Shown piece by piece: positions 41,528 through 54,826 of a DNA stretch of 64,000 nt. Position 1 is the stretch's first letter; each line of letters begins with the position of its first letter. The position numbers and the translations under genes are program-made. The notes below the pieces were generated by a model that saw only the letters and a list, made by a program, of their open reading frames with translations, was not told the DNA's origin and did not search any database. This DNA comes from Octopus vulgaris (Eukaryota): assembly GCA_951406725.2 (NCBI GenBank), contig OX597828.1, positions 16,058,001-16,122,000 of the forward strand, given 5' to 3'.

Positions 41528-41721
41528 GAACAGTTACGTACCATTCCCTAGAGCATATTAATTAATTCTATATAGCAATATACTTCTATTCTTGTTCTGA
41601 AGGCTAGAAATATATTCTTGAACGGAATCAGTGTATGTATGTATGTATGTATGTATGTATGTATGTATGTATCTTTCTCTCTCTCTATTTTTATATATAT
41701 AAAAATATTATACATATATAC

Positions 41722-41780
<59 letters not shown>

Positions 41781-42645
41781 GGTATATATATATTTATATA
41801 TACATGTATATGTAAGTTCTAGACTTCTAGTATTGTATGGAAAATAATACGTAGATAACACGTTGTGATAATATTTTTTTCTTTTCTCAAAGCATGTATG
41901 ATTCATGTGTGAAGGTTTCTTATCTTATTCATATTGAATAGGTTAACCTATGTTACCGGATTCCTCCTAAGTGTGATATGAACGTTGTTAATATATTTGT
42001 ACACATTTAGGGCAGCCTGATAGTAAGTAGGCGGCGAGTTAGCAGAGTTATTTACAGCTCCGGTTAGAATACCTTGCAGTATATATTCTCGCACTCAGCG
42101 TTACAAGTTCAAACGAATGGAGGTCAATTTTATCCATCACTTTTTCTGGGTCGATTCAATAAAGTACAAAAAAGAAAGCCTTTTTTTCTTTCATCCTCTT
42201 TGAAGATGGCGTCTTATAAAAATACCGGAAGGAAGGCAAAGGGAAATGTGGTAGCGTATGTTTGCTGCAGTTGAGATTACGTTAGGTTTAATTAAAGAAC
42301 AGCTAATTTGGCTAATGCACAGGTTTGTCAAATTCCATGCCAGGCGACCTTACCATTTTCCATGAAAATTCCTTGCCTAAAATATAGGCCTTGTCAAGCT
42401 AGTCATTCTCCATATCTAAAAGCGGGCTAAACTGCAAAGCCCGAGCTACAAATATATGACAGGTAGAAAATATAGGTAGCTTTCCCTTCAAAGGAGTCGG
42501 TAGCACACTTACTCGGTGTTGTAGTTCACCTTGATCACCTTGACCGACCAGTCTGTCGGGCGTCCTTTTGACACCGCTGGTCACAGCACGCTGTCCACTT
42601 CTCTCTGGATGGCACCTTCCTCATTCACGTGGTCCTAATCGCCCT

Positions 42646-42711
<66 letters not shown>

Positions 42712-43044
42712 ACTTCCTCACAACTTTAGATTTCTCACCAGCAACAAAATCAAGCATTTATTCTGCTCTACTTCATCAAAATTGCAAAAGAGCGAACCTT
42801 TTTTTCGACCGAATACAGTTTCTGTTTTATGAGTATCAACCGTTTGATTCAAGTTGGTGTTTTATGAGAGTCAAATAATTTAAACGTTTCAAACCTCTAT
42901 GAAAGTAAATTTTAAAATCAAGTTGCTGTTTCATTCGTGTCCATAATTTAAATTATGTTGCAACGTTAACAATGTCATTAGGTTGAAGCTTGTTATGATT
43001 GATATTAATGTGAATTACTGTTTATATCAGTGAATTATTTGAGT

Positions 43045-43318
43045 GTGGAGGCACATGGTCTAGTGGTTAGAGCAGCGGACTCGCGGGCGATGTGCGTGTT
43101 TATCAGTGAAACACCTAAGCTCCACGCGGCTCCGGCAGAAGGCAATGGCGAACTTCTGCTGAGTCGTTCGTCACAACTTTCTCTCACTCTTTCCTCCTGC
43201 ATCTTGTAGCTCATCTGCGAGGGACCGGCGTCCCGTCCAGGTGGGGAACCTATACGCCAAGGAAACCGGGAAACCGGCTCTTATGAGCCAGACATGGTTC
43301 GAGAAGGAACAAACAAAG
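43045..43318 (+). mobile_element. Modular SINE, head A plus tail Y
   Basis: Head A, then CCAAGGAAACCGGGAAACCGGCTCTTATGAGCC tail (also at ~23680 and 53977). Confidence 0.82.
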
Positions 43319-43748
43319 CAATAATTTGACCCATTTACACGCATACGAATGGCAATTTCTTGACTCACTTGACAATCCTAATGTCAAATATCAGATTCAA
43401 GTAATCAAGTTACAACCGTATGAGTATCAATATTTGAGCAATGTTTCACTATATGGATCAGTTTAGACTCATAGGAATGCCAATCATCTGTATCTTTTAG
43501 AGATATGCAAGCGGCAGGTAACTGAATCAAATTAAAGACAGAAACCTAGAAGGCCTCGTGACTAAGAAGTGACGGTTTTCCGTGAAGCATTTCTATGTCT
43601 AATATAAGCGGTAGTCGGTCACAAGGGATTAGATATAAATCGTGGTCGATTACTGCTCCCAGGAGGAAGAGGAGGAGGGGTATCAAGATGAAAGGGGTGG
43701 GAAAGTCTGTTTATCTTCGGATGGCAAATACGTGCGTATATCTGTATG

Positions 43749-43793
<45 letters not shown>

Positions 43794-43834
43794 ATCTTTC
43801 TCACCTTGTTTCACCAAACCTACACACATTTATA

Positions 43835-43894
<60 letters not shown>

Positions 43895-43959
43895 CACAGA
43901 CATACACACATTCATATGCATTTGTATATATATATTTAAATATATATATATATATATAT

Positions 43960-44252
43960 CACGTGATCACGTCACTGCCCAGGCTATCAGATGTTGCTAC
44001 ACATCGCTGGTCACAATGCGCTTCGCATTGTTTTAGCCTTCAAATGATGCCACCCCGCCGACCAGCAGGAGAAAGAGTGAGAGAAATTTGTGGTGAAAGA
44101 GGTACAGCAGGGATCGCCACCACCCCCTGCCAGAGCCTGGTGGAGCTTTTGGTGTTTTCGCTCAATAAACAGTCACAACGCCCGGTCTGGGAATCGAAAC
44201 AGCGATCCTACGACCACGAGTCCGCTGTCCTAACTACTGGGCCATTTCGCCT

Positions 44253-44256
<4 letters not shown>
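43960..44256 (-). mobile_element. Modular SINE, head A plus tail W
   Basis: Head A match at 44070-44256; a different tail at 43960-44065. Confidence 0.8.
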
Positions 44257-44297
<41 letters not shown>

Positions 44298-44803
44298 CTC
44301 TTTTACTCTTTTACTTGTTTCAGTCCTTTGACTGCGGCCATGCTGGAGCACCGCCTTTAGTCGAACAAATCGACCCCAGGACTTATTCTTTGTAAGCCCA
44401 GTACTTATTCTATTGGTCTCTTTTGCCGAACCGCTAAGTGACAGGGACGTAAACACACCAGCATCGGTTGTCAAGCAATGCTAGGGGGACAAACACAGAC
44501 ACACAAACACACACATATATATATACATATATACGACGGGCTTCTTTCAGTTTCCGTCTACCAAATCCACTCACAAGGCATTGGTCGGCCCGGGGCTATA
44601 GCAGAAGACACTTGCCCAAGATGCCACTTGCCCAAGATGCCACTTGCCCAAGATGCCACTTGCCTAAGATGCCACTTGCCCAAGATGCCACTTGCCCAAG
44701 ATGCCACTTGCCCAAGATGCCACTTGCCCAAGATGCCACGCAGTGGGACTGAACCCGGAACCATGTGGTTGGTTAGCAAGCTACTTACCACACAGCCACT
44801 CCT
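44298..44803 (-). mobile_element. SINE family A containing a 16-bp x8 tandem expansion
   Basis: CACTTGCCCAAGATGC x8 at 44609-44736. Confidence 0.93.
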
Positions 44804-45366
44804 GAATTGTATGTGTGTGTGTGTGTATGTATAGACAGCAATTGGGTTGGTTAGTCTAAAATAAAGATCTGCTTTTATACAGTGAGGATATAACGAATCA
44901 GATTTGCAACAGGTTCATAAATGTATGCAAAAGCTAGGCAGCGGGGTAAATATTACTATTTTCGAAGCCAGCAGTTCTTGCCTTCTCGTTGAAAGATTCT
45001 AATATATTTATGAACTTATGAATCTACAACATCTACATTATGCATAAATATTTATAGTTTATGTAACTATGTATGTATGTATGTATGTATATATATATGT
45101 ATGTATGCATTTATGTATCTATCTATCTATCTACCTACATTAACATTTGCATATACATACATACATACACACACACGCACACACACATATATTTATTTAT
45201 ACACATTATACACACATGTGTGTATATTGCACGCTACATTCGGTTAAGTTAAGCGTACATACAAGAAGAAATTTGCTTATATTCTCTGCTGCACAGTTCA
45301 GCGAGTGGAAAACATAAAAATTGTGCAGGAGCGAATATGGAATCGGTCCTTAAGTTCCTTCTCCTT

Positions 45367-45442
<76 letters not shown>

Positions 45443-45501
45443 TATACATATATATAACGTACATATATATATATGTATCTATATATATGTGTATGTATAT
45501 G

Positions 45502-45546
<45 letters not shown>

Positions 45547-45575
45547 CATATAGATACATATATATATATATAATG

Positions 45576-45616
<41 letters not shown>

Positions 45617-46324
45617 CACACATACATATATAAAACGCATATATATATATATATATTATTTATATATAATATATAAATATATATAGACACACACACACAT
45701 ATATACGTAGTAAATTAATTAATTACATGTAAACCAGTACGGCTTGGTGTTTGCATTGCTGTCGTCCAATAATATTTTTACCTGCGTTTCTCGAGGCGGA
45801 AGTTAATGAGTAGAGAATTTTCTCTTGCTTATGTCAAATCATCGTATCATCGCATGGTGGATTTCGTTCAAGTGTTCTCGGCGTACAAGCAATAGTTTTT
45901 CAGCTGGGTCCAATTTCCCACGATCATTTATTTGGTGATTAAGCGCGGAAGTGGGCGAAAAATCCGACCTAAATGACTGATGATGACACAGTGCAATATC
46001 GCTGTCGCTTGTTTACATATAGTTAAGGGTTTCAAATAGTTTCCTTAGATTAATTTATTCTCTTACGCTCATATATTCGTATATTCCCTTATTCTCTCAT
46101 TTGTTTATTCTTTTCTTGTTTTATTATTTCAGCTCAACTTAAAATTGCAACTTCAGTTACAGTTACAACTAGATCTAGTTCTTGTTTCAATTTAACTCTA
46201 GGTTTGTATTGATCTAACAAACGAGTAAACAAAGACATTCCCTCTATGACCACCCAAACACTGTTTATTTTCAATACTTTGTTTTGCAGGCAGTGCCTCT
46301 TTATATATATATATGCATATATAT

Positions 46325-46553
46325 AGGCGGTGAGCTGGCAGAAACGTTAGCACGCCGGGCAAAATGCGTAGCCATATTTCGTCTACCGTTATGTTCTGAG
46401 TTCAAATTCCGCCGAGGTCGACTTTGCCTTTCATCCTTTCGGGGTCGATAAATAAAGTACCAGTTACGCACTGGGGTTGATGTAATTGACTTAATCCCTT
46501 TGTCTGTCCTTGTTTGTACCCTCTATGTTTAGCCCCTTGTGGGCAGTAAATAA

Positions 46554-46555
<2 letters not shown>
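46325..46555 (+). mobile_element. SINE family B
   Basis: Near-consensus copy. Confidence 0.9.
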
Positions 46556-46610
<55 letters not shown>

Positions 46611-46613
<3 letters not shown>

Positions 46614-46805
46614 AGAGTTTACGAAAAAAAAACAAAAGACGAAGACAGGTGGTGTACAAAGCAAACAGATGTATTAGTATAACGCTCAGGAATAGAAAAA
46701 GTCTTTTACGTTTCGAGCCTACGCTCTTCTACAGAAAGGGACACAGAAAGCAAGCAGAGAAAAAAATGTGTGTAGTGGGTAACGATCTACCATGGCGTCT
46801 GACCA

Positions 46806-46808
<3 letters not shown>
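46611..46808 (-). mobile_element. Penelope-like 3' end with variant minimal hammerhead (46703-46738), inserted in (TA)n
   Basis: Minus strand CTTT-CTGTAGA-A-GAGC-GTAG-GCTC-GAAAC-GTA-AAAG; perfect stems I and II. Confidence 0.7.
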
Positions 46809-46838
<30 letters not shown>

Positions 46839-47034
46839 TGTGGGTGTTTGCATAAACATATATATATATATGTGCACATACAGATATATATAATATATAC
46901 ATATACATATATATATATATACATATACACACATACATATATACATATATATACACATACATACATATATATGCACATACATATATATCTATGTATGCAT
47001 ATGCATATGTATATAATAACACAGATGAGCAGTA

Positions 47035-47122
47035 GTTTACTACAGCTGTTTCAGATGTGTTCTTTATTGATGAACAAATGAATTACATCAGGTAAAAATA
47101 ACTAATTTTCTTCAGGTGAAAC
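47035..47122 (-). ncRNA. Type I hammerhead motif (stem II decayed)
   Basis: Minus strand GTTTCAC-CTGAAGA...CATCT-GAAA-CAGCT-GTA-GTAAAC; palindromic stem III ACAGCTGT. Confidence 0.55.
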
Positions 47123-47217
47123 AAGAGTATAATTTAACATTTTGGATTGTTCACACGAATATAATACTATATAATACATACTGGCCCTCTCATCTCGTTT
47201 CCAGCTGATATACACAT

Positions 47218-47249
<32 letters not shown>

Positions 47250-47343
47250 GTATAATTTATAATTTAAAGGAAAAGTCTAGGGGAATAATAACATATTTAA
47301 GCGTATACGCGTGTGGGCATTTGAATATAAATACGTTATAACC

Positions 47344-47425
47344 TTCCTGATGAGATTGATGCATTGCTGACCATAATTTATCCTGTCAGACATTTTGGAG
47401 TGCATCAGTTGAAACATATGTAGAA
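47344..47425 (+). ncRNA. Type I hammerhead ribozyme with long stem II
   Basis: TTC-CTGATGA-GATTGATGCAT...GTGCATCAGTT-GAAA-CATAT-GTA-GAA; same family as 57035-57120. Confidence 0.75.
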
Positions 47426-47569
47426 AAATTCAAGTTATAAATGGTTTAACATCCTGAGAGTTACTCCTCTTGTTCAATTCCTCTACACACACACACACGC
47501 ACACACGCACACACGCACACACACGCAAACACTCACACGCACGCACACACACACACACACACACACTTA

Positions 47570-47860
47570 AAGGCTTAGTCCCCTGTACATTATCATCTCG
47601 ATAATTAGAACTGAATGGGAGGGTCACCGGTATCCATACCACATAATTGACTGAAATCGCAACAATTCTTTGCCCACCTCCAACTACTGAACGGAACTCC
47701 AAGCCGTCACAAGGTTACTCATTTTTGCCAGCTGAGTGGACTGGGCCAACGTGAAATGAAATATTTTGCTCTAGGAGACGACGCATCCCCCGGTTCCGGA
47801 ATCGAACCAAGATCTTGCAAGGAAGTATGCAACGCGTTAACCACTACGCCATGCACTTTC
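47570..47860 (-). mobile_element. Modular SINE, head/core B plus tail V
   Basis: ACTCATTTTTGCCAGCTGAGTGGACTGG...GGAATCGAACC...TAACCACT. Confidence 0.72.
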
Positions 47861-48110
47861 AATATATGAACATACACGTCAAATATATATTTTCTTATGA
47901 CACAGTGTACCTTGAACTATAATACCCAACGAGGGTTCTTTTCTTTTTTAAGATGCTAAGGCGCGTTTTTCTAGCTGGTCGAGTGATCAAACAACAGCAT
48001 CCCTTTCTCTCCACTGGCAGAAACGTAGGAATTCTTGATGTCAGGAATCTTCTCTCCTTCCTTGGTCTCATTCAGCAAAGACATTTTCATTATTGATTCT
48101 TCTACATCTG

Positions 48111-48177
<67 letters not shown>

Positions 48178-48780
48178 CACACACGCATATGGCATGCATA
48201 TATACACTCATACATATATATATATATATTTATTTTATTTTATTTTATCCAGTTTCAGCTCACGAGCTGTGGCCATGCAGGGGCACCGCCATTTGTAGCA
48301 GAGTAAAATTAATTTATTATATAGAATACAGGATAGTACTGTTTCATTCAAGAGAAATCTTCAGGAAGCTATAACAAGAATTGTATTAGCATTTATACAT
48401 TTAGGTTTAAAGGAGTGGTGGTGGGGGACTTTTTGGGGGTAGGCATAGCGCAAAATATCATACTTGGGGGAGTGGTCAAGGAGTCAGTGGTAAGTTAGAT
48501 GAAAGAATAGATAAATAAAAAAATAAAAAAATAAATAAATAAATAAATAAATAAAAAGATAAAAAATAAAAAAATAAAATAAAAAAAAAAAAAAAAATAA
48601 AAAATATAAAAAATATATATAAAATATATATAAAAAAATATATATATAAAAAATATATATAAAAAAATATATATATAAAAAAAGGGGGATAGAGTTATAG
48701 GTAAATAAGGAGATTCTCACTTATACCTATACACACATGTATACGTATCTACACACACATACATACATACACATATATAT

Positions 48781-48831
<51 letters not shown>

Positions 48832-49291
48832 CATATGTACACACATACATACATATCTACATACACACATACATACACCCGCCCACATATACAAATTTAT
48901 ACACATGCACATGCCTATACCTGTCTACACATACACACACGTATATATGCATACACTCACTCCCATGCATGCACGCATACACACATGTATATATATATAT
49001 ATATATACCCACGACCACACATACATATATACACATAAAAATATATATTCATACGCACATACACTCATGCACACACAACACACCTAGTTCCCTATATACA
49101 CATATTTACACCTATATATACATACACCCACATACACCTATGTACACATATATATATATAAACATATACACGCATACATATATATACATGTGTGCACATA
49201 CATACATACACACATATATACATACACATACACATACACATGTGTACCTATACATACCTACACATACACACATACATACATACAAATATAC

Positions 49292-49330
<39 letters not shown>

Positions 49331-49784
49331 AACACGCATACATATACACTTATATATTGGAGGTCTATTTATGTGTAGGAGGCTATATGTCTAAGTACAC
49401 ATGCACACACGCTCTCACAATCACATCCATACATACACACACAGACAAGCCCACACTAACACGAGCACACGCATCTACACACACATACACATATATATAT
49501 TCTTGCGCGCGGTATACACAAATATATATTCACACATATGTTTCTATTCTCGGCTTGGTTTTATTCAAGGTGACACAAACAGTAATAGGTTTCCCTCTGT
49601 CTGTGCTTCTGTCGACGAGTGAGGTCAGCTTGTATTTACCATTACATAAATTATGGCTGACCCTTTTCACGGCGAGTTCAGCAGAGTTATGCACCTTGCA
49701 TATTTCGTGGAAACGTTCGAGTATGTACGTTGTATTGAGGTCTGTTGTGCTGTGTGTGTGTGTTTGTGTTTGTATATGTGTGAG

Positions 49785-49825
<41 letters not shown>

Positions 49826-50571
49826 GTGTTTGTTTGTATGGTTGCATTTCGAGGAAACTCTTGCGTGTGTATGTGCAAGTATATGTATGTGTGTGTATGT
49901 ATGTAACTATATAAATGTGTCTGTATGTATATAAGAATATATATATATATATATGTTTGTGTGTTTGTGTATGTGTGCGTGTGTATGATTGCATATTGAG
50001 GAAACATTTAACGCTCACGTGTGTTTGTGTATGTGTGCGTATGTTCGCTTGTGTGTGAGTGTGTGTGTGTGAGTGTGTGTGTGTGCGCGTGTGAGTGTAT
50101 ATATCTATTTGTTTTTGCGTATGCTTCTGTGCGCTTACGTTTGTGTGTATTTGTATGTATGGTTGTGTTATGTATGTATGAATGTGCTTGTGTGTGTGTC
50201 TGTTTGTGTACATACTTCCTTATGTCTTTATCTGTATCTGTATCTGTGTTTCTATTTATGTGCGTGTGTGTGTGTGACTGTTTGCATGTATGTACGTGTG
50301 TATTTGTGTTTGTGAATCTGCGTATGTGATTGTATCCATGTATGTTTGTGTACTTAGTGGTTCTATGACTTGCGTGTATGTATTATGTATGTATGTATAT
50401 TCATAAGTATGCATGCGTTTATGTATATATGTATGTAATGTATTGTATGCACGTATGTATATAAATTTGTATGCACGTATGTCAGTAGATATGTATAGGT
50501 GTAAGTCTTCACGTCCGTATGTGTGTGTAATGTATGTATGTATGTATGTATGTATGTATGTATGTATGAAT

Positions 50572-51590
50572 GTCATTCTTCAGTTTATTTCAAGATTTCT
50601 TGCCAATAGAGAAAGAGCCGGTTTCTAACAGATCCAAAGCTCCTCTAATGGAATTTCAACAGAGTTATTTTTGTATGTATGTATGTATGTATGTATGTAT
50701 GTATGTATGTATGTATGTATTTATGTATGTATGTATGTATGCATATGCAGATTTGTATGTTTTATGTATGTATTCTCATACATAGAGTTACATATCTAGA
50801 CATGCTCACATATATTTAAATGATAAAATTCTGGAAAGTTTTACAGATTTTTACAGTCCCAGTGATGGATTTGATCTGTAACCTTCGAATTAGCTTTCTC
50901 CTGTTTGGTTTTCAGAAGCCTAATTTCATAAGATTGGTATTTAGGCAGAGTGTTACATATCCCAGGGTGCCAATAATTACAGATATAAACCTGAACTTGT
51001 AATCTGGATAGAGTAAAATGTTCAGCATAGGTGTTCTCTTTTGCACTGACCTTCAGTTTTATATCAACATCCGCTAGGCAGCTAATTTCCACAACTGTGA
51101 ACAGTTTCTCTTCTCTATCCCAAATCATTATATCAGGTCTGTTGTGCTTACATTTTATTAAGGTTTCCACTGATACATTCCACTATATTCTTTTTTATTA
51201 TGAGTGGTTATGGCTTCTACCATATTGTGGGTTCTTATTTCTTTGTCCTCGGAATTATCCTTCCGACGGATTTCATTATAGAGCGTCGTAGCTACAACGT
51301 CATGTCTCATCGGTAGATAATACCGTGATGACAATTTCGGACAACTGCTTATGATGTGGGTGATATCTTTATTGTGTACTCCACAAAGTCTGCATCAATT
51401 GTCACACTTTACGGCTTTACCTACATTTATATCCCTTTTGTTCATCAGGTACTTGGTTGATATTCCCTGTTCCTGGACTGCAAACGCATGCCCTTCAAAC
51501 TAGGAGGCAGTAATCCGGCTATTGGCCCATGAGAAAATGCTTTGAGGATCGATGTTACTATCATCACGAATCTTTCTAGTAACATATCCA
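50572..51590 (-). mobile_element. 5'-truncated R4/Dong-like RLE non-LTR retrotransposon in (TACA)n
   Basis: Minus strand FEGHAFAVQEQ, CCHC knuckle CRLCGVHNKDITHIISSC...RHD and RLE motif HNRPDIMIWD...VVEISC...KENTY, with frameshifts; 3' UTR shared with three other copies. Confidence 0.88.
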
Positions 51591-51687
51591 TGCATATGTA
51601 TGTATGTATGTATGGATGTATGTTTGTAACTATGTATGTATGTATGTATGTATGTATGTATGTATGTACGGAGTACATACGTATGTA

Positions 51688-52078
51688 TGATCAACGAGAA
51701 AAGTAATCGTATCCACCTTTTTGTGTGCACAATTTGTGACAGGCCATGCCTTTCATCTGTTGCGCTCAAATCTCATTTGCTGACCCATGAAAAACGAACT
51801 GCCACTAACTACTCTGCTCATCTACCTCTGCACACCTGTCAATGCCATGTAGGCCTTAGGGTCTGCAAATCTAATAGAGGCCTCAAAATACATTTTAAAA
51901 TCCACAAAGATCAGAAACTGAACTGCAGCTCTTGGTGGTCCAAACCAGATATGCGATTTATGTGGGTGTCTTTTCAAAGCACTGTCTTGTTTAAAAAGCC
52001 ACATGAGACGCCATGTTAGATCTAAGTTGCAATTACAAGAGGTGTTCAGATTCTGCATAAGGACCAGACAACCACCAT
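51688..52078 (+). mobile_element. 3' end of RTE-like LINE with C2H2 zinc fingers and (TATG)n tail
   Basis: FVCTICDRPCLSSVALKSHLLTH, CHVGLRVCKSNRGLKIHFKIH and a frameshifted third finger; runs into (TATG)n. Confidence 0.6.
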
Positions 52079-52207
52079 GTATGTATGTATGTATGTATGT
52101 ATGTATGTATGTATGTATGTATGTATGTATGTATGTATGTATGCATGTATGTATGTATGCATGTATGGATGTATGGATGTATGGATGTATGCATGTATGT
52201 ATGTTTG

Positions 52208-52238
<31 letters not shown>

Positions 52239-52349
52239 GTATGTATGTATGTATGTATGCATGCATGTATGTATGTGTGTATGTATGTATGTATGTATGT
52301 ATGTATGTATGTATGTATGTATTTATGTATGTATGAATGTATGTATGTA

Positions 52350-52557
52350 TGCAGGAGGACTTAAACGACATGCAAAGGTACATGGAGCCCAGTTACAACT
52401 ACAGCCGGCTATTACCAGTAAAGGTTTTAGTTGCCAATTTTGTACAAGACATTGTAGATCTCTAGCTGGGCTAAAAAGTCACATTCGATCACAGCACCAG
52501 TAACAGTTAAGCTACGTGCAATGGCCATATTCGATAACGAGGGGGTAGCCATAATAA
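52350..52557 (+). mobile_element. 3' end of a second RTE-like LINE with C2H2 zinc finger and (TATG)n tail
   Basis: AGGLKRHAKVH...FSCQFCTRHCRSLAGLKSHIRSQH*, then short UTR GGCCATATTCGATAACGAGGGGGTAGCC and (TATG)n. Confidence 0.65.
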
Positions 52558-53087
52558 TGTATGTATGTATGTATGTATGTATGTATGTATGTATGTATGT
52601 ATGTATGTATGTATGTATGTATGTATGTATGTATGTATGTATGTATGTATGTATGTATGTATGCATGTATGTATTTCTGCGTATATAGGTGAGTGTGTAC
52701 GTGTTTCTTTTCTTTTTTTTGTTTGTGTATGTACTTTTTTTTTGCGTAGTAACTCGACATTGACCTCATCTTTGGGTTGTAGTATGGCGTATACTTGCTT
52801 ACTGAGTGAGCAAAGAAACAGGACAATTTAGTTAAGAATTCTTCAGGAACCGCCCACATTTAGAACACAAACACACACACAGCCACAGACATACATACAC
52901 ACACACACACAAACAAATACACACACAAACACACACTCACATGCACAAACGCGCACACACACGCACGCGGGCACACACGCACACGCACGCGCACACACAC
53001 GCACACGCACGCGCACACACACGCACGCGCGCACACGCGCACGCGCAACCCCACCCACAAACACCCTCACACACACACACGCACACA

Positions 53088-53400
53088 CTGGCATCTCGCC
53101 GGTTATGACAACTAGTATTTCAGTTGATCCGGTCAACGGAACATCCTGCTCGTGACTGAACACTCCACAGACACGCACACCCTTAATGCAGTTCCAAAGG
53201 AAATTCAGCGTGACACAGAGTGTGACAAGGCTGGCATTTTAATAGAATACAAGAAACTGCTCATTTTTGCCAGCTGAGTGCGCTGGAGCAACGTGGAATA
53301 AAGTGCGTTGCCGCAGGACACATCGCGTCACCAGGAATCGAACTCAAGGTGTTTTGCGACTGTGAACAGAATGTTCCTAAGCACTAAGACACATGCCTTC
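53088..53400 (-). mobile_element. Modular SINE, head/core B plus tail X (diverged)
   Basis: Tail X match CACTCCACAGACACG..CCCTTAA..CAGCGTGACACAGAG; core B match. Confidence 0.78.
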
Positions 53401-53755
53401 ACTACAAACACACACACACACACACACACATACACAAAATAAAGGAATAACTATGGGTCCATTTTTCGGCACATGTCCATATAATGTTGCTGTTGTGGGT
53501 TTGACCCCAAGTGACCCCAGATTGTGCAAACCTATGAATAAAGAAATTCCATCGGTAACCAATTCGCCTGTTTTTCATACGGGCATGAAACTCAGGGAGC
53601 TCCGAGATAAAGTATATTCGCTATTCTTCTCTTTTGCGTACACATAAAACAGACAGACAGACATAGACACACACACCCATCCACACACACACACACACAC
53701 ACACAAGCAACACACACACACACACGCACACACACAAACTCACACACACACAAGC

Positions 53756-53789
<34 letters not shown>

Positions 53790-53976
53790 CACACACACAC
53801 ACACACACATACACACTCATACACACACACACACACACACACACAGTAGCAGCACGATAAAGTGACGGTATGTTGTCAACTTAATGTGAAAGACCCATGA
53901 AAGGGAAGAATGCTACTGTAATTTAGCCCTAGGAAACACCGTTTCCTGTTAACCATGACACATGTGCGTATCAATG

Positions 53977-54262
53977 TTGCTGTTTGTTCCTTCTCGAGCC
54001 ATGCCTCGCACATAAGAGCTGGTTTCCCGGTTTCATATAACGTATAGGTTCTACACCAAGAGGGGACGCCGGTCCGTCGCAGGTGAGCTGCCAGATGCAG
54101 GAGGTAAATAGTCAGCAGAGGTTCACCATTATCTCCTCACAGAGCCGCGCGGAGCATTGGTGCTTCGCTCATAAACACTCACATCGCTCGGTCTGAGATT
54201 CGAACCCCAGGATGCCGCGACGGCGAATCCGCTACTCTAACCACTAGGCCATGTCGCTCCAC
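53977..54262 (-). mobile_element. Modular SINE, head A plus tail Y (diverged)
   Basis: Reverse-complement homolog of 43045-43318. Confidence 0.8.
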
Positions 54263-54294
<32 letters not shown>

Positions 54295-54795
54295 TGTATG
54301 TATGTATGTATGTATGTATGTATGTACGTATGTATGTATGTATGTATGTATGTATATGTGTGTGTGTATCTGTGTGTCTTGCTCAAGGGCACAACACACA
54401 TCCTGGTCCTGGAATCGAACTTACTACCTTATAATTGTAAGTCCCACGCTCTCACCACTCAACCATATATACATACACACACACCTGCACGCACACATAT
54501 ACATACATACATACATACATACATACATACATACATGCATACATACATACATACATACATGCATGCATACATACATACATACATACATGCATACATACAT
54601 ACGTACATACATACATACATACATACATGCATACATACATACATACATACATACATACATACATACATACATACATGCATATATACATACATGCATACAT
54701 GCATACATACATACATACATACATGCATATATACATGCATACATGCATACATACATACATACATACATACATACATACATACATACATACATACA

Positions 54796-54826
<31 letters not shown>

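Noticed and set aside
44609-44736. Regular short repeat resembling a CRISPR array
   Set aside because: No spacers, lies inside a SINE, eukaryotic context and no cas genes.
45727-46018. CpG-containing island with weak terminal inverted similarity and two GCGGAAGT motifs
   Set aside because: Too degenerate to call either a MITE or a promoter from sequence alone.
48500-48685. Extremely A-rich tract giving an F/Y/I-rich membrane-like ORF
   Set aside because: Low-complexity A/T sequence; no coding evidence.
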